From: Eledone cirrhosa
Taxonomy: Eukaryota
Length of the DNA stretch: 64,000 bases
Assembly (NCBI GenBank): GCA_964016885.1
Contig: OZ024740.1
Location: 118,544,001-118,608,000 of the forward strand
Direction: 5' to 3'
Shown here one piece after another: positions 1 through 11,547 of this stretch; positions within the stretch are counted from its first letter, which is position 1, and every line of letters starts with the position of its first letter. The position numbers and the translations under genes were made by a program. A model generated the notes under the pieces. It did not search any database and was not told the origin of the DNA. It saw nothing but the letters and a program-made list of their open reading frames with translations.

Positions 1-497
1 CAGTAGGCATCTCTTAACTCCGTAATCCACTATGCCCCCTTCCATACATACCTACACACCTACACTACCTTCCCACTCCTGTCTACACCAACCTTACACT
101 GTAAAGTTATGTTGGTATCATAAAATAATCCTGTCCACACTGTAGAGTGGTTATGTTGGTGTCATGACAAAAGGCACTCAGCCCACACGGTAAAGTGGTC
201 CAGTAGGTCTCATGACAAAAAGCACTCAGCCCACGCTGTAAGGTGGACATGAATGTAGGTGTCACAACTAAAAGCACCCAGCCTACACTGTAAAGTTGTC
301 ATATAGGAGTAATGAAAAAGAGCACCCAGCACACACTCTAAATGTGGTTGGCATTAGGAAGGGCATCCAGCCACAGAAATCTAGCCAGAAACAGCGCTAT
401 TTGTGCAAGACATGGTCACCTGACCTGACTTGCCTCTAATTGGACAACCTGTCGAACCCATGTTGGCATGGAAAATGGATGTTAAACAATGATGATG
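1..497 (+). mobile_element. 3'UTR/3' end of an RTE-clade LINE (family A-related) with about 6 tandem ~47-bp units
   Basis: Begins cagtaggcatctct as at 57679; repeated cacactgtaaagtgg...aaaagcacccag units, then ttaggaagggcatcc and a ggatgttaaacaatgatgatg tail like 57654-58045. Confidence 0.8.
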
Positions 498-1209
498 GTT
501 ATACATATATAGTTTGAGGTTACCGCCGATCGAACCCGGGACACACACACACATATATATATATTTATTTATAACTGCAAAACTGGCATCAGATACAGTG
601 TGAAAGTTACAAGAATATAGGAATGCTTGAATATGGGACAATATTGGTAAACAGATGTCTCAAAAATAGCAACATGATCAGGACAAATAATTCAGTGGTC
701 ACCAGCTGTTGAAATAAACTTACATTGTTCAACCACTAACAAGGCCAAACGCAAAATCTAAGCAGGTCTGTTAGACTCACCTAATGAAACATGTGTATTC
801 AGAAAATATGTAAGAAAACAATCCTGTATAGTACACCCATTATATATATATGTATATATAAACTGAAGAAAATAAACAAACAGAAACAAAACAAAATGAA
901 AAACATTTGTTTAAGGGGAAACCGTAATAGATCATTTTAAAAAATAAATATACAAACGAAGGATGCAGAACTCTATGGTCATCGGTTGTTGAGATGGACT
1001 TGGGCAGTTTCGACCCTTACCAATGGAACTGCTGGTCCAGCCGGGGTTAGTGTCTGAAAGCCTAACATAGTACAAGGAGTGAGAGATGAAAGACAAAACA
1101 GTAATATATAGCTGTTAAGCTACAAAACATACAATTACGTGTGACGTTAGGGAAAATGTCTGGTACCTCACATAGCATGTGAAATATGAGTGAAACAAAA
1201 ATAACAGAT

Positions 1210-1906
1210 TCCTGCCAACTCTTACACGGGTGGACGCCGTCCGTGTAACTTATGTCATTGTAAGATATATTTGGCCGATTACTACAAACTCATAAAATTC
1301 TTTCACTACAATCTCGTATTTAGTATTCCGTCCCACCTATAGTTTAGCAGTACCAGTGAGAGATTTGGTGATTGTAGAAGGGGAATAGTAATCAGAAATT
1401 GTGTTTTTTTACATTTTTATATTTTTAATATTTTTTTATATTTTTCTATATATTTACTCCTTATAGATTTACTTATTGTTTCGACTTCCTCCCCCTCCCC
1501 CTCTCTAGTATACTTCTCTCGACCTCTTATCCTTGGGATTCTGCTGTAGTTGTCACTTTCAACGCACGACTGGGTTTCCTCCACTCCCTCTCCCTCTTTC
1601 TTCTACTGGCACGTTCAGCTACCCCTACCTTCCACAAAATGCCATGATAGAATTATGTGTCTCAACAACAAAATTTTGACCAATCCTTTTGACAATCACT
1701 TTTACCATATATGGAATTACCCACTGAGAAGTTCGGCTATTAATTTACCAGGATAAACATTTTCATTTAGTCCAGAATTAGCCGTCGAAACGGCTTGAGC
1801 TCAGCCATCGGGGTCCTACTCGTTCCTATTACCCCCTCTACTACCCTAAGTATTGAGTACTTTGGTGCGTTATGGTCCGTCTGGTTCCTTACCACATTTC
1901 CTTTGT
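1210..1906 (+). mobile_element. 3' fragment of a Penelope-like element (same family as 34732-37218)
   Basis: gccaactcttacacgggtggacgccgtccgtgtaacttatgt encodes ANSYTGGRRPCNLC, matching ANFYMGGRCPCNLC in ORF 35803-36210; 1640-1906 matches the reverse complement of 34732-34990; ends in (TA)n. Confidence 0.8.
1718..1814 (+). ncRNA. Degenerate type I hammerhead ribozyme fold in a PLE terminus
   Basis: accca-CTGAGAA-g..cggcta...tagccg-tc-GAAAC-ggc ttgagctca gcc-ATC-ggggt; core has a C3/A8 mismatch. Confidence 0.5.
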
Positions 1907-1921
1907 TATATATATATATAA

Positions 1922-2943
1922 TCTATATATATAAAACTGTGGTTGTCTGTCTGTCTATCGATTTTTGGCACACATCTCCTCTTAGAATCTCTGACGGAAT
2001 TGCACCGAAATTGCTATACTTGTACATTGAGCCCTAGCGAAGACATTGGAAAAAAAATATTTCAAATTGACCCACCCTATGTGACGAAATCGAATATAAT
2101 GTATCGATTTTTGAGCGTAAGTGATCAGTTATTTCCCTTTGTTCTGTTTACATTGAGCGTCTTACGTAAAAAATTACGCTGGCTTTCTCAGCGTTTAAAA
2201 TGACATTAACACAATACACGAACAGTTGTCGAGCCAGCAAAATATTGACCTGCAAAATTCATCAGTTCGAACACTAAGCTTCCGTTTTGCTTCATTTCCA
2301 TTTAAAAGCATTTTAAAACAATATTTTTACTTGAAAACAAGTCTATTTAAAGACTATGTAAAACAAGCAAATATTTCGTCGTTAGGCGTGCAGACAGACA
2401 GTCGTGCAGACAGACAGTCGTGCAGAGAGGTGATATACGCGTGCAGACAGAGAGTCGTGCAGAGAGGTGATATAGGCGTGCAGACAGACAGTCGTGCAGA
2501 GAGGTGATATACGCGTGCAGACAGATAGTCGTGCAGAGAGGTGATATAGGCGTGCAGACAGACAGTCGTGCAGAGAGGTGATATAGGCGTGCAGACAGAC
2601 AGTCGTGCAGAGAGGTGATATAGGCGTGCAGACAGACATAACTGATAATTTGGTTACGCTAATGTTTTTCTCTGCGTTGCAGTGTTTACATTTTCGATCT
2701 TTGTTAATAAATAACCAGTGCAGTTTCTATCCCCAGCATCCTCTTTTGTTATAACATTCGGGTTATCGTTATGTTTTCTTAACTTCATAAGGCATATTGT
2801 TGGTTGAGGGAATATTAATCAAAAACACCACATGCAAGTCTGCACAGTAGACACTACAGTTTTTAAGCCAAGAAAGAAACTTAACATTGTAACTTTAACA
2901 CAGCTACTGAGCGACCCCGAGCAACGCCGGGCTTTACTGCTAG
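1922..2943 (+). mobile_element. Non-autonomous Helitron
   Basis: 5' TC start (a|tctatatatataaaac), 3' GC-rich hairpin cccgagcaacgccggg followed by CTAG, inserted between A and T with no TSD. Confidence 0.8.
2384..2638. repeat. 37-bp minisatellite (about 6.5 copies) inside the Helitron
   Basis: Unit gcgtgcagacagacagtcgtgcagagaggtgatata(g/c); period 37 (for example 2476 to 2513). Confidence 0.95.
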
Positions 2944-3024
2944 TATAATAATAAAAGGACGATTTGTTAAACCTTCATTACATTTATTGATTGGTGATGC
3001 GCATTATGCTATTGATCAGCTCAA

Positions 3025-3053
<29 letters not shown>

Positions 3054-3057
<4 letters not shown>

Positions 3058-3192
3058 AAAAGTGACAGGACCCTGATGGCTGAACTCCGGCTGTTTCAAA
3101 AGCTATATCCTATTACCCACTCTATTAGCCTAAGTATTGAATACTCTGGTGCTTTATGGTCCACCTGGTATCTTACCACACACTCTTTCTTT
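3054..3192 (+). mobile_element. Mini PLE terminus with an inverted 5' segment, embedded in (TA)n
   Basis: 3108-3192 matches the PLE tail at 1823-1906; 3054-3098 is the reverse complement of the GAAAC..ATC..ttcct segment; (TA)n on both sides. Confidence 0.7.
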
Positions 3193-3197
3193 ATATA

Positions 3198-3273
<76 letters not shown>

Positions 3274-4672
3274 TGCATTATTTGATTTTAAAATACATTA
3301 ATTCAGGCAAGGTTTGAACTGAGAAATTAATGACTGGAGATAAATGTTACAAGTATGATGCCTTTGTTTTATAACTCACCCAGTTCCACCCACTCTTTAT
3401 ATTTTTCTTTTTCATTGTCTGTACTCCTCTCTCTCATATGCTCAAAAACATACCCTCATACTCTCATTCACATACATACATATCTAAACTCTCACTAATA
3501 CAGGCATTAAAAACAATAAAAACTAAAACAACAAAATCAATGTGTTGCTGCTCTAATTTCATAAAGGAAAGAAAGACATCCAGAATTAATCATTATTATA
3601 CATTTTCTCTCATCCAAAAGAGCTGGCTATCTTTCAGAGGCCCTAAGGGGACAGTTGTAATTTAAAGGGATTCCTTTGAGAACTCATCAAAATGATAGTC
3701 TAGAATTAAGTAGGATCTGCCATAGCAATAATAATGTTTAAGCTAAACTCACTGTTGTTGACATCTAATATTCAATAGGGTCATGTTGTAAAATGGGGAA
3801 TAACATTAAAGGAATTTTATTTGGCCAAGGGGAATGACTAATTGATAAGGGGAGGAGTGAAGAAAGTCTTAACCAACTGAAAATTGGAGACTGAACAGGG
3901 ATAATGAAAAACATTGCAGCAATAATGTATGGCTTTAATGAATTTATTTGGATAACTGCAAGCAAATGAACACTGAAGTGAAGATAGAAAAGGGATCAAA
4001 TGATGCTCATCGTAATCATGATTTTGAAAAGGATAATGATTATGGTGATTAAAATGATATGATGTGGATGAGAATGTTGACAGTGATGAGGGTGACTTCA
4101 GGAATTATGAATACTTACACAATAGCAATGATGGTGATTATACAAGTTGTTTGTTTTGCTAAGAAATTGACTTTCTCTTCGTTATGAGTTCATAGCTTAT
4201 AAGAAATGGTGTTGGAAATAAAGCTTGATATTTCAGATGATTCTTGATTGAATTTATTCTTCTTGCTATTGTAATAATTTTCGAGAACATTCACCTTTTA
4301 AATGTATGGTTTGAGTTTTGCTCCTTATATAACTGAAATATACAGTGTACTCAAATAGGAACTGGAAGCCCACATCTCACATGTTACTGAAATCTACAAC
4401 GTAGTCAGACAGGCTGGAGGGCCCCATCTTTAGCAGTTTCATAAAGTATATTAGCAAGCAGTATCTGAATTTTGATGGAATCTTGTGTGTGTGGGAGGTG
4501 GGGAATATTTCAGTCATGCTGTAATTTACTATGGACATGAATGGATTAGTTTTGGCATTGACTTTGCTGAACGAAGATGACCTTAAAAACATCAATACGA
4601 TTGAATAAAGGCAGAGACTACAGGAATAAAGTGTTAATGCAATTCATTTGAACTCAAACAAAGTTTCAATAA

Positions 4673-4769
<97 letters not shown>

Positions 4770-4854
4770 CATATATCAATAAAGAAGATATATATGAAAA
4801 TATAAACACACATATACATACATATATACACACTAACATATATATAGATTGTTA

Positions 4855-7505
4855 CTTCTTGTCAGAAGAGTACCATTCCTTCATTGAACATTGCATGGTC
4901 ATGTGCATGCAGGTGACTTTTCAGACCCACTTTTGTTTTGCAGATACATTCACAGATGTGACACTAGAACTGTCTGTCCCTTGGCAATACTTGCTGGGGT
5001 GTGTTTTCATACATTTTCCTATGTCTGGTCAGACAACCTGCTGACTTGCAAATTAAGCCACATTCACTGTAAATATACCGTGGAGTGTGTGGCAGTAGAA
5101 CCATCTCACCGTTGGCTTGATTTCTCCCTGGCTCATGTGATTTCAGATGGTTAACAAATGCAGCTCATGTTAGAAGATATCGGCCATGTACATTGCACCC
5201 CAATTCCTGCTGAATGTGTGCAGTCATTGCACGTGAGTCCCACTTATGAAGTGAACACTTCAAAACAGCATGTTCCACTTACTTTTTCTCAGACATCACA
5301 TCCATATTTGATGACCTTTCTCCATGATGTACAGCCTTAAGCCAGTCTCTCCCAGTTCTCCATATCAATCTTCAGAGCTTTAAGATTGTTTTTTAAGACT
5401 TCCTTAAACCACTTCTTTGGTTTATGCTGTGACCTTTTTCCTCTGGTCAGCTCCCCATTAAACAACAGTTTAGGCAGCCTTCCATCCTCTATTTTGACTA
5501 CATGACCAGCCCAGCACATCTGGTTCATAATAATTCTCCTCTCAATTCCAACTGCCTGATATGATGCCTGTAAGTTGTCCGTGTTTTGCATCCATATAGC
5601 AGGGCTGTAAAAACACAGGCCTCATACACAGAGAGCTTTGTGTTTTTCATGATACCCCTATTTGACGAAAGGCAAGAATTGCTTTTACAATCTGGTGATC
5701 TATTTTTGCATTGAGGGTACCATCACTACTAACTGTACTTCTGAGATACACAAAGCTGTCCACCAACTGAAGTCTTTTTCCTCTTACAAAAATGTCTGGC
5801 TCCACATACACTTTCCCAACTGGTAAAGTGTACATGACCATAGTCCTTTTTAGACTAATATTTAGCCCAAACACAGTACATGCATTGGAAAAGGTGTCCA
5901 ATATCAACTGCATGTCCTATACTGTGTGAGCCACAAATTCTGCATCATCAGCATACAGCAACTCCCTAAGAAGAGTACCAAAAGCTTTGGACTTGGTGTT
6001 AAACCATCTTAGATTAAATACATTGACAGAGGTTCTAAATCGCAAGTATACACCAATTTCAAAATCTTGGAAGGCATATGTCAGCAGCATGGCAAAGTAG
6101 ATGATGAACAGAGTGGGTGCAGGTATGTTGCCTTGTTTAATACCGTTTTCCATTGAAATTGGCTCTGAAAGTGTCCCATTGAAGTTCACTTTTGCTTTCA
6201 TATCTTGATGGAGTTTTCTGAATATTCCAACAAACACATGAGGGCATCCAATATGATCCATAATGCACTACGATTAACAGTATCAAAGGCTTTGGTCAGC
6301 TCCACAAATACTTGGTAAAGTGGCACTTGCTGCTAAACACACTTCTCCATAAGCTGACGGGATGAGAAAATCATGTCCATTATACCCTGTCCAGCTCTGA
6401 ATCCACACTAGGTCTCAGGGATGGCACCAGGGCAGATCCATTTTATTAGACCCTTCAGCAAGACTTTGGATAAAACTTTTCCTACCAATTCGAGCAGAGT
6501 TATACCAAGATGCTCACCGCATTCCGACTTGGAGCCTTTGCCCTTGTAAATCAATGGCAAAATTGCATCTACCCAGTCTTGTGGGACAGGCTCACCATAC
6601 CATACAAATAAGACTATCCCATGAATGGCCATAGCAATATTGTCTCCTCATAAGCGACTCAGCTCAACAGGTATTTCATCCAAACCTGGAGCTTTCCCTA
6701 TGTTTATCTCTTTGATAGTAGACCTTATCTCGTTAAAGGTTGGATCATTCATCATCTCTGTTACAGTCGCCCTTTGTGGCAATCTATTAATAATTTCCTC
6801 ATCAAGTACAGATGGATTGTGAAACAGATCTTTAAAATGTCCAGTCCACCGACTCATAATACCTGCTGAATCTTTGATGAACACGTTCCTATCTTTTGAC
6901 TTTAATGATGTCATTTTTGAGGGTTGTGGACCAAAATCTTGCTTTATTGTGCTGTATAGTGCCTTCAGGTCTCTGCACCTCTGCTGAAACTTCAGATCAT
7001 CTGTGTTTTACTTTGCAGTTTTGATTTAGCTTCTTTGAAGACTTTCTCAAAAGTGGTCTTCATAGGACCCTCTGCAACAAGGCACTTCTGATACAGCTTG
7101 TTTTTTTCCTCAATGAGCATGGTGATTGTAGCATCAGTGTCATCGAACCAGTCTATGTATTTTATCTTCTTAAGACCAAGTACATCAGCCACAACACTGT
7201 AAACTTCTGTTTTAAACTGTTCCCAAGTTCCATCAAAGACGACGTTATCAAATTCATTTTGAAGAGCATCTTGTCTTTCTACACTTCGCAGTTTTGACAC
7301 ATCTATATGTTTTGGCACTTGCTCTCAATTTTCTTCTGATCTGCACCTTCATTTTGCCACACACAAGTTTATGATCTGTACCACATTCTGCACCACATAT
7401 TACTCTGACAGAGCAGATATACTGGAGGTCTTTCTTCCTGGTGATGATGTAATCCCAGATGTGTCCATGTTTCAATCTTGGGTGTATCCACATTGCCTTG
7501 TAGAT
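4855..7505 (-). mobile_element. Degenerate, 5'-truncated RTE-clade LINE (APE C-terminus, RT, C-terminal C2H2 fingers)
   Basis: ORF fragments WIHPRLKHGHIWDYIITR..ECGTDHKLV (APE), GKAPGLDEIP, GIKQGNIPAPTLF, LLYADD, WAGHVVKIEDGRLPKLLFNGEL; many stops and frameshifts. Confidence 0.92.
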
Positions 7506-7508
7506 CTC

Positions 7509-7545
<37 letters not shown>

Positions 7546-8556
7546 CTAGCTACCGTCGCATATTTGGTAGGTCAGGCGTGATCATCGCGATTCACGTACG
7601 ACCTACCATACATCTTGCTTATATATATATATATATATATACATACATATACATACATGGGTACTGATATCTCAATGTTCACAAGTGTATGGGAATAGAT
7701 TTGTAAATATTATGTGTGTGTCAATATATGTCTATAATATTACATGTATGTGTTGTGTTTGTGAGCACAGTTAAGAGAATGTCACTTAAATGCTAATGTG
7801 TATATGTAGGTGTGCATGCATGTGTGCGAGCATGTATTTGTATGCAACTGCATGCACCTGAACCTATGAAAAATATGTATTGGCTATATAGAAATCTGTG
7901 ATTGTGTATGTTTAAGAATGTATATTGGTATACATGTGTGTTTTTCTACATAATTGGAAAATTGATAACAAGCAATCCATAACAGATAATCATTAATAAA
8001 TTGAAAAAAAAAAATGAAATCAAAATACAAACATAATCAAATCATATTGTTGTTTCAAAACAATAAGATTTACTGAAACAAAAAAAATATATATACAAAT
8101 ACAGAAAAAATATATACAAACATATTGATAATATAAATCAATTAGCATTTTCATATATTTTAAAATCATTTATCATTATACTTTATTATTAATGATGTTG
8201 TTGCTATAATAATAGTAATAATAATTATCATTATTATAACTATCATCATCACTGTCACCTTTCTAATTGTTATTATCAAGAACACCCCCACCCTCAACAC
8301 TACTGCCACCACCACCATTATCGTCAGTGAGGTCCCCAACACCATCATCATAATCACTGTTATCGGTATATTTTATCATTCATTCTATGCATTATTTCTT
8401 TAAGTGAGTTAATCAGTAGTACTAGATGCAAAATAAGATTTCATTAAATGTTTGTTGGAATGAAATGTTCAATACAGAAAAAAAGTAAAGAAGAAAGAAA
8501 AAAAAAGCAAGAAACCAAAATCGTTTTGTATTAAATTAAAGAAATGTAAATACAGA

Positions 8557-8797
8557 CGTGTAGGTGTCACAACAAAAAAACACACAGTCCACGCTGTAAT
8601 GTGGCCGTGTCGGTAACACGGTAAAAACCTCCCAGTCCACACTGTAAACGTGGCTGGTGTTAGGAAGGGCATCCAGCTGTAGAAAACCCGCCAGACAGTC
8701 CTATATGAGCAGGACAACCAATCTTGCCTCAAGTGGGAAAACTCCCGTCCAAACCCATGCAAGCGTGGAAGATGGACGTTAAACAATGATGATGATT
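8557..8797 (+). mobile_element. 3' end fragment of RTE LINE family A
   Basis: Close match to 57793-58030, including ttaggaagggcatcc and a (GAT)n tail. Confidence 0.88.
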
Positions 8798-9319
8798 GCT
8801 ACCCACATTACTGTTAATAAGAAGAGACAAGGTAAATATGTTTACTTAATATACTATTCATGCAAAGAGTCTAAGTTAAAAAGGTGATTATCCATGCATC
8901 AATTTTGAGATCTATGTTACTGCCAAAACATTTAAACAGCTGTTGTTTCATTTCATTTCATTTCATTTTACGTCCGCTTTTCCCTGCTTGCAAGGTGGTT
9001 AACAACTAGTCATCTTTGATCATGCAAACCTATAATGAAAGTCATTCCAGCCATGACAATCTTGTCTTATTATATACCAAAGACACCATTTTCAATTATG
9101 TTATTTTGACACCAAACTGCTTGAAACTCTATATAGAGGACTTTGGAATGTAATTGTGGTAATAGGTAGAATATTTTTATGATAATTCTTTTCATATTAT
9201 GTATAAATGGCATATAACTGTGTGTTCTACTCACTTTGCTACTTATATTACCCTAGTAAAATAGCTTTTACCCTGATTGGGATTATCATACTGAGCTTGA
9301 GAGCACCTTTTAGAGAGCA

Positions 9320-9950
9320 TTTCCTTTGTACTTGAAGCAGATGATGATAATACTTTTATGTCAGATTATTTATGTGGGAGACTAGAGTGATACCCACTTT
9401 GCTGGATATTTTAAGTATCATGGCAACTATCTCTGATGGTTCAGCTGCTTTACTTACTTTCATATCCCTTTTTATGCTTTCAACTGTACAATTATTTAAT
9501 TCAGTAGTTGTTCTCTGTTGCATCTACTTGATGTAGTACCCTTTCTCTATTGCAGACTACACATCCAGTAAACTCTTGTAGTAGCATTTCTAAGCCTCCT
9601 GTATTTTGGTGAACATATGTACTATGACATCATTTTAGATATGTTGTTTCTATGACATCTTGATTCACATTTTTCCCACTGTTTTGCAATATATAAAACC
9701 TCACCTCTGATATTCTTATGGCAAAACATTGGCAAACATTTCACTTTAAGCTCTGTTCTTATTTTGTATACATCTAGCGTCTCTTCTAGCTATCTGATAT
9801 TGTTTCCTGACCGCGCCTTTTCCAATTTTTCCAGACTTGTTTCCTAGATTTTATGTATATTTACTCTTGTATTCCATCACCATGTTAGATTCCATATGGC
9901 TGGAACTTTGTTCTATCCACTGGTCTGGACTATGGCTTACAACACATCTC
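9320..9950 (-). mobile_element. Old decayed RTE LINE fragment (pre-RT region)
   Basis: Reverse strand near 9370-9455 reads KAAEPSEIVAMILKISSKVGITLVSHIN, like GKAAGPSEIVAEMLKASGTVGHTMVTRIVN in the 55.8-kb ORF; boundaries approximate. Confidence 0.55.
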
Positions 9951-11463
9951 AGAGAAACTCACAGCTGTCCTCTATATCATAATTCACTACCTTCTCCACC
10001 TGCTCAACATACATGCCACTAAGATTTGTCTAAAGCTATGAACAGCAAAAAGAATTTCCAGCTTTCATACCTTCCTTCTACTGACTCACTTGTGATTTTG
10101 GAACCATATATCACTTACTTTTATGTCATTAATATTGAATTGTAAATTTTTCACTTTGGAAAGACTAAGTATATGCAACCTTCTGTTTGTTCTATTATTT
10201 GTAAGTATAAAATTTACCTAGCTTATGTTACACCACACACACACATTTGTATATATAAGGAACAGCTATTCTTTTAGACACTAAAATCACTCCTATGTTC
10301 TAGTTATATTATTTTCTTTAGATTTTAATATCATTTTCATATGATTCTCTTGAAAAATAAAAGTTCATTTGAAAAATAAAAGTTCCAAAATCCATCATCA
10401 ATATTTGAAGGTTTTTATAGTTTTATCTTCAGGATGCAAAGTGTTGTTGGCATGTATAACTGCCATTTTTAAAAGAGGAAAATGTAATTTCAGTGTACTT
10501 TTTGTTAGAATTTAAAATTAGATTTATACACCTTTATTTTGTTTATGATGTTTGTGTCTTTTGTGTTTTTATTTAAGCATCATAGATATGTGAATGTAAA
10601 ACTCTAGAAATATTGATGATGTGTTTAGAAACTTTATTGTTCCAAATGAAACAGCAACAATTTTAAAGAACATATTAGAAATTCTTAAAAAGAAAAATAT
10701 AACTGGAATATAAATGTTTTAAAAAAGATACACATATTGCAATATTGACTACAAATACAATCAGAACCAGACTGAGACACATGAAAAGATGATTGAGAGC
10801 TACAGACTGGTAATAAATGACACTAAGATGGTGATATGGATAGGATAATACAATTCTAGGTCATCAGCTGTCAAAAGGGACTGACATACAGTTTCAATAT
10901 ATAACTTCTGTTAACATCATTAAGGGACCAATATAAATAACTTTGCTGGTGACTTCTAATTTACATAGTGGTCTGGAAATTGTTTTGGAGGAATGGAAAG
11001 AATAAATATACACACCTAGTCAGAATGAAAACACTTTTCTACACTGCCAATTACAATTAAATTTAAACACTAATTCAGCAAATTAGAGATTAAATATGGT
11101 TCCATCATAATATGTACTCAGTACACCATTTAAATTGGCAGTACTGGTACCACCAACACTTTCCATAAAATAGTGCTGGAGCCACAATAAAATACACACA
11201 ATATACTCTGTAAAAGGTCTGGCTTATGGGAAGGCATACGTCTGGAAAAATATCATGCCAAAGGTAGAATGTATGAGTAAAGCATTGTATCCTGCCCCAT
11301 CTAGTCTCAACCTATGGCAGAATGGAAAGCAAACGTATGATGATGATGATATATATATATATATATGTTAAGTATTTCAAGAAAAAGCAAAGGAAAAAAA
11401 GAGTTCTCTAAGTATAATACAGAGCTATGTAATTAGAAAGTGAACAACACAATATATAACTAC

Positions 11464-11529
11464 TCCATTACCAAAGGTTTCAGGACCCTAGACAATTTTA
11501 ACATACGTCTAGTTCACTCATCAGATGAA
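11464..11529 (-). ncRNA. Type I hammerhead ribozyme, canonical core
   Basis: Minus strand: ttcat-CTGATGA-gtgaa ctagac..gtctag ggtcct-GAAAC-c ttt g-GTA-atgga; stem I ttcat/atgga, stem III ACC/GGT, GUA cleavage triplet. Confidence 0.72.
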
Positions 11530-11547
11530 ATGATGATTGATCTAGAT

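Noticed and set aside
95-370. CRISPR-like appearance of regularly spaced ~47-bp repeats
   Set aside because: Units are contiguous tandem repeats without unique spacers, lie in a LINE 3'UTR, and no cas genes are present in this eukaryotic context.
975-1020. Minus-strand GAAAC..GTC..CCGATGA as a type II hammerhead
   Set aside because: Stem I cannot form and the stem II register does not fit.
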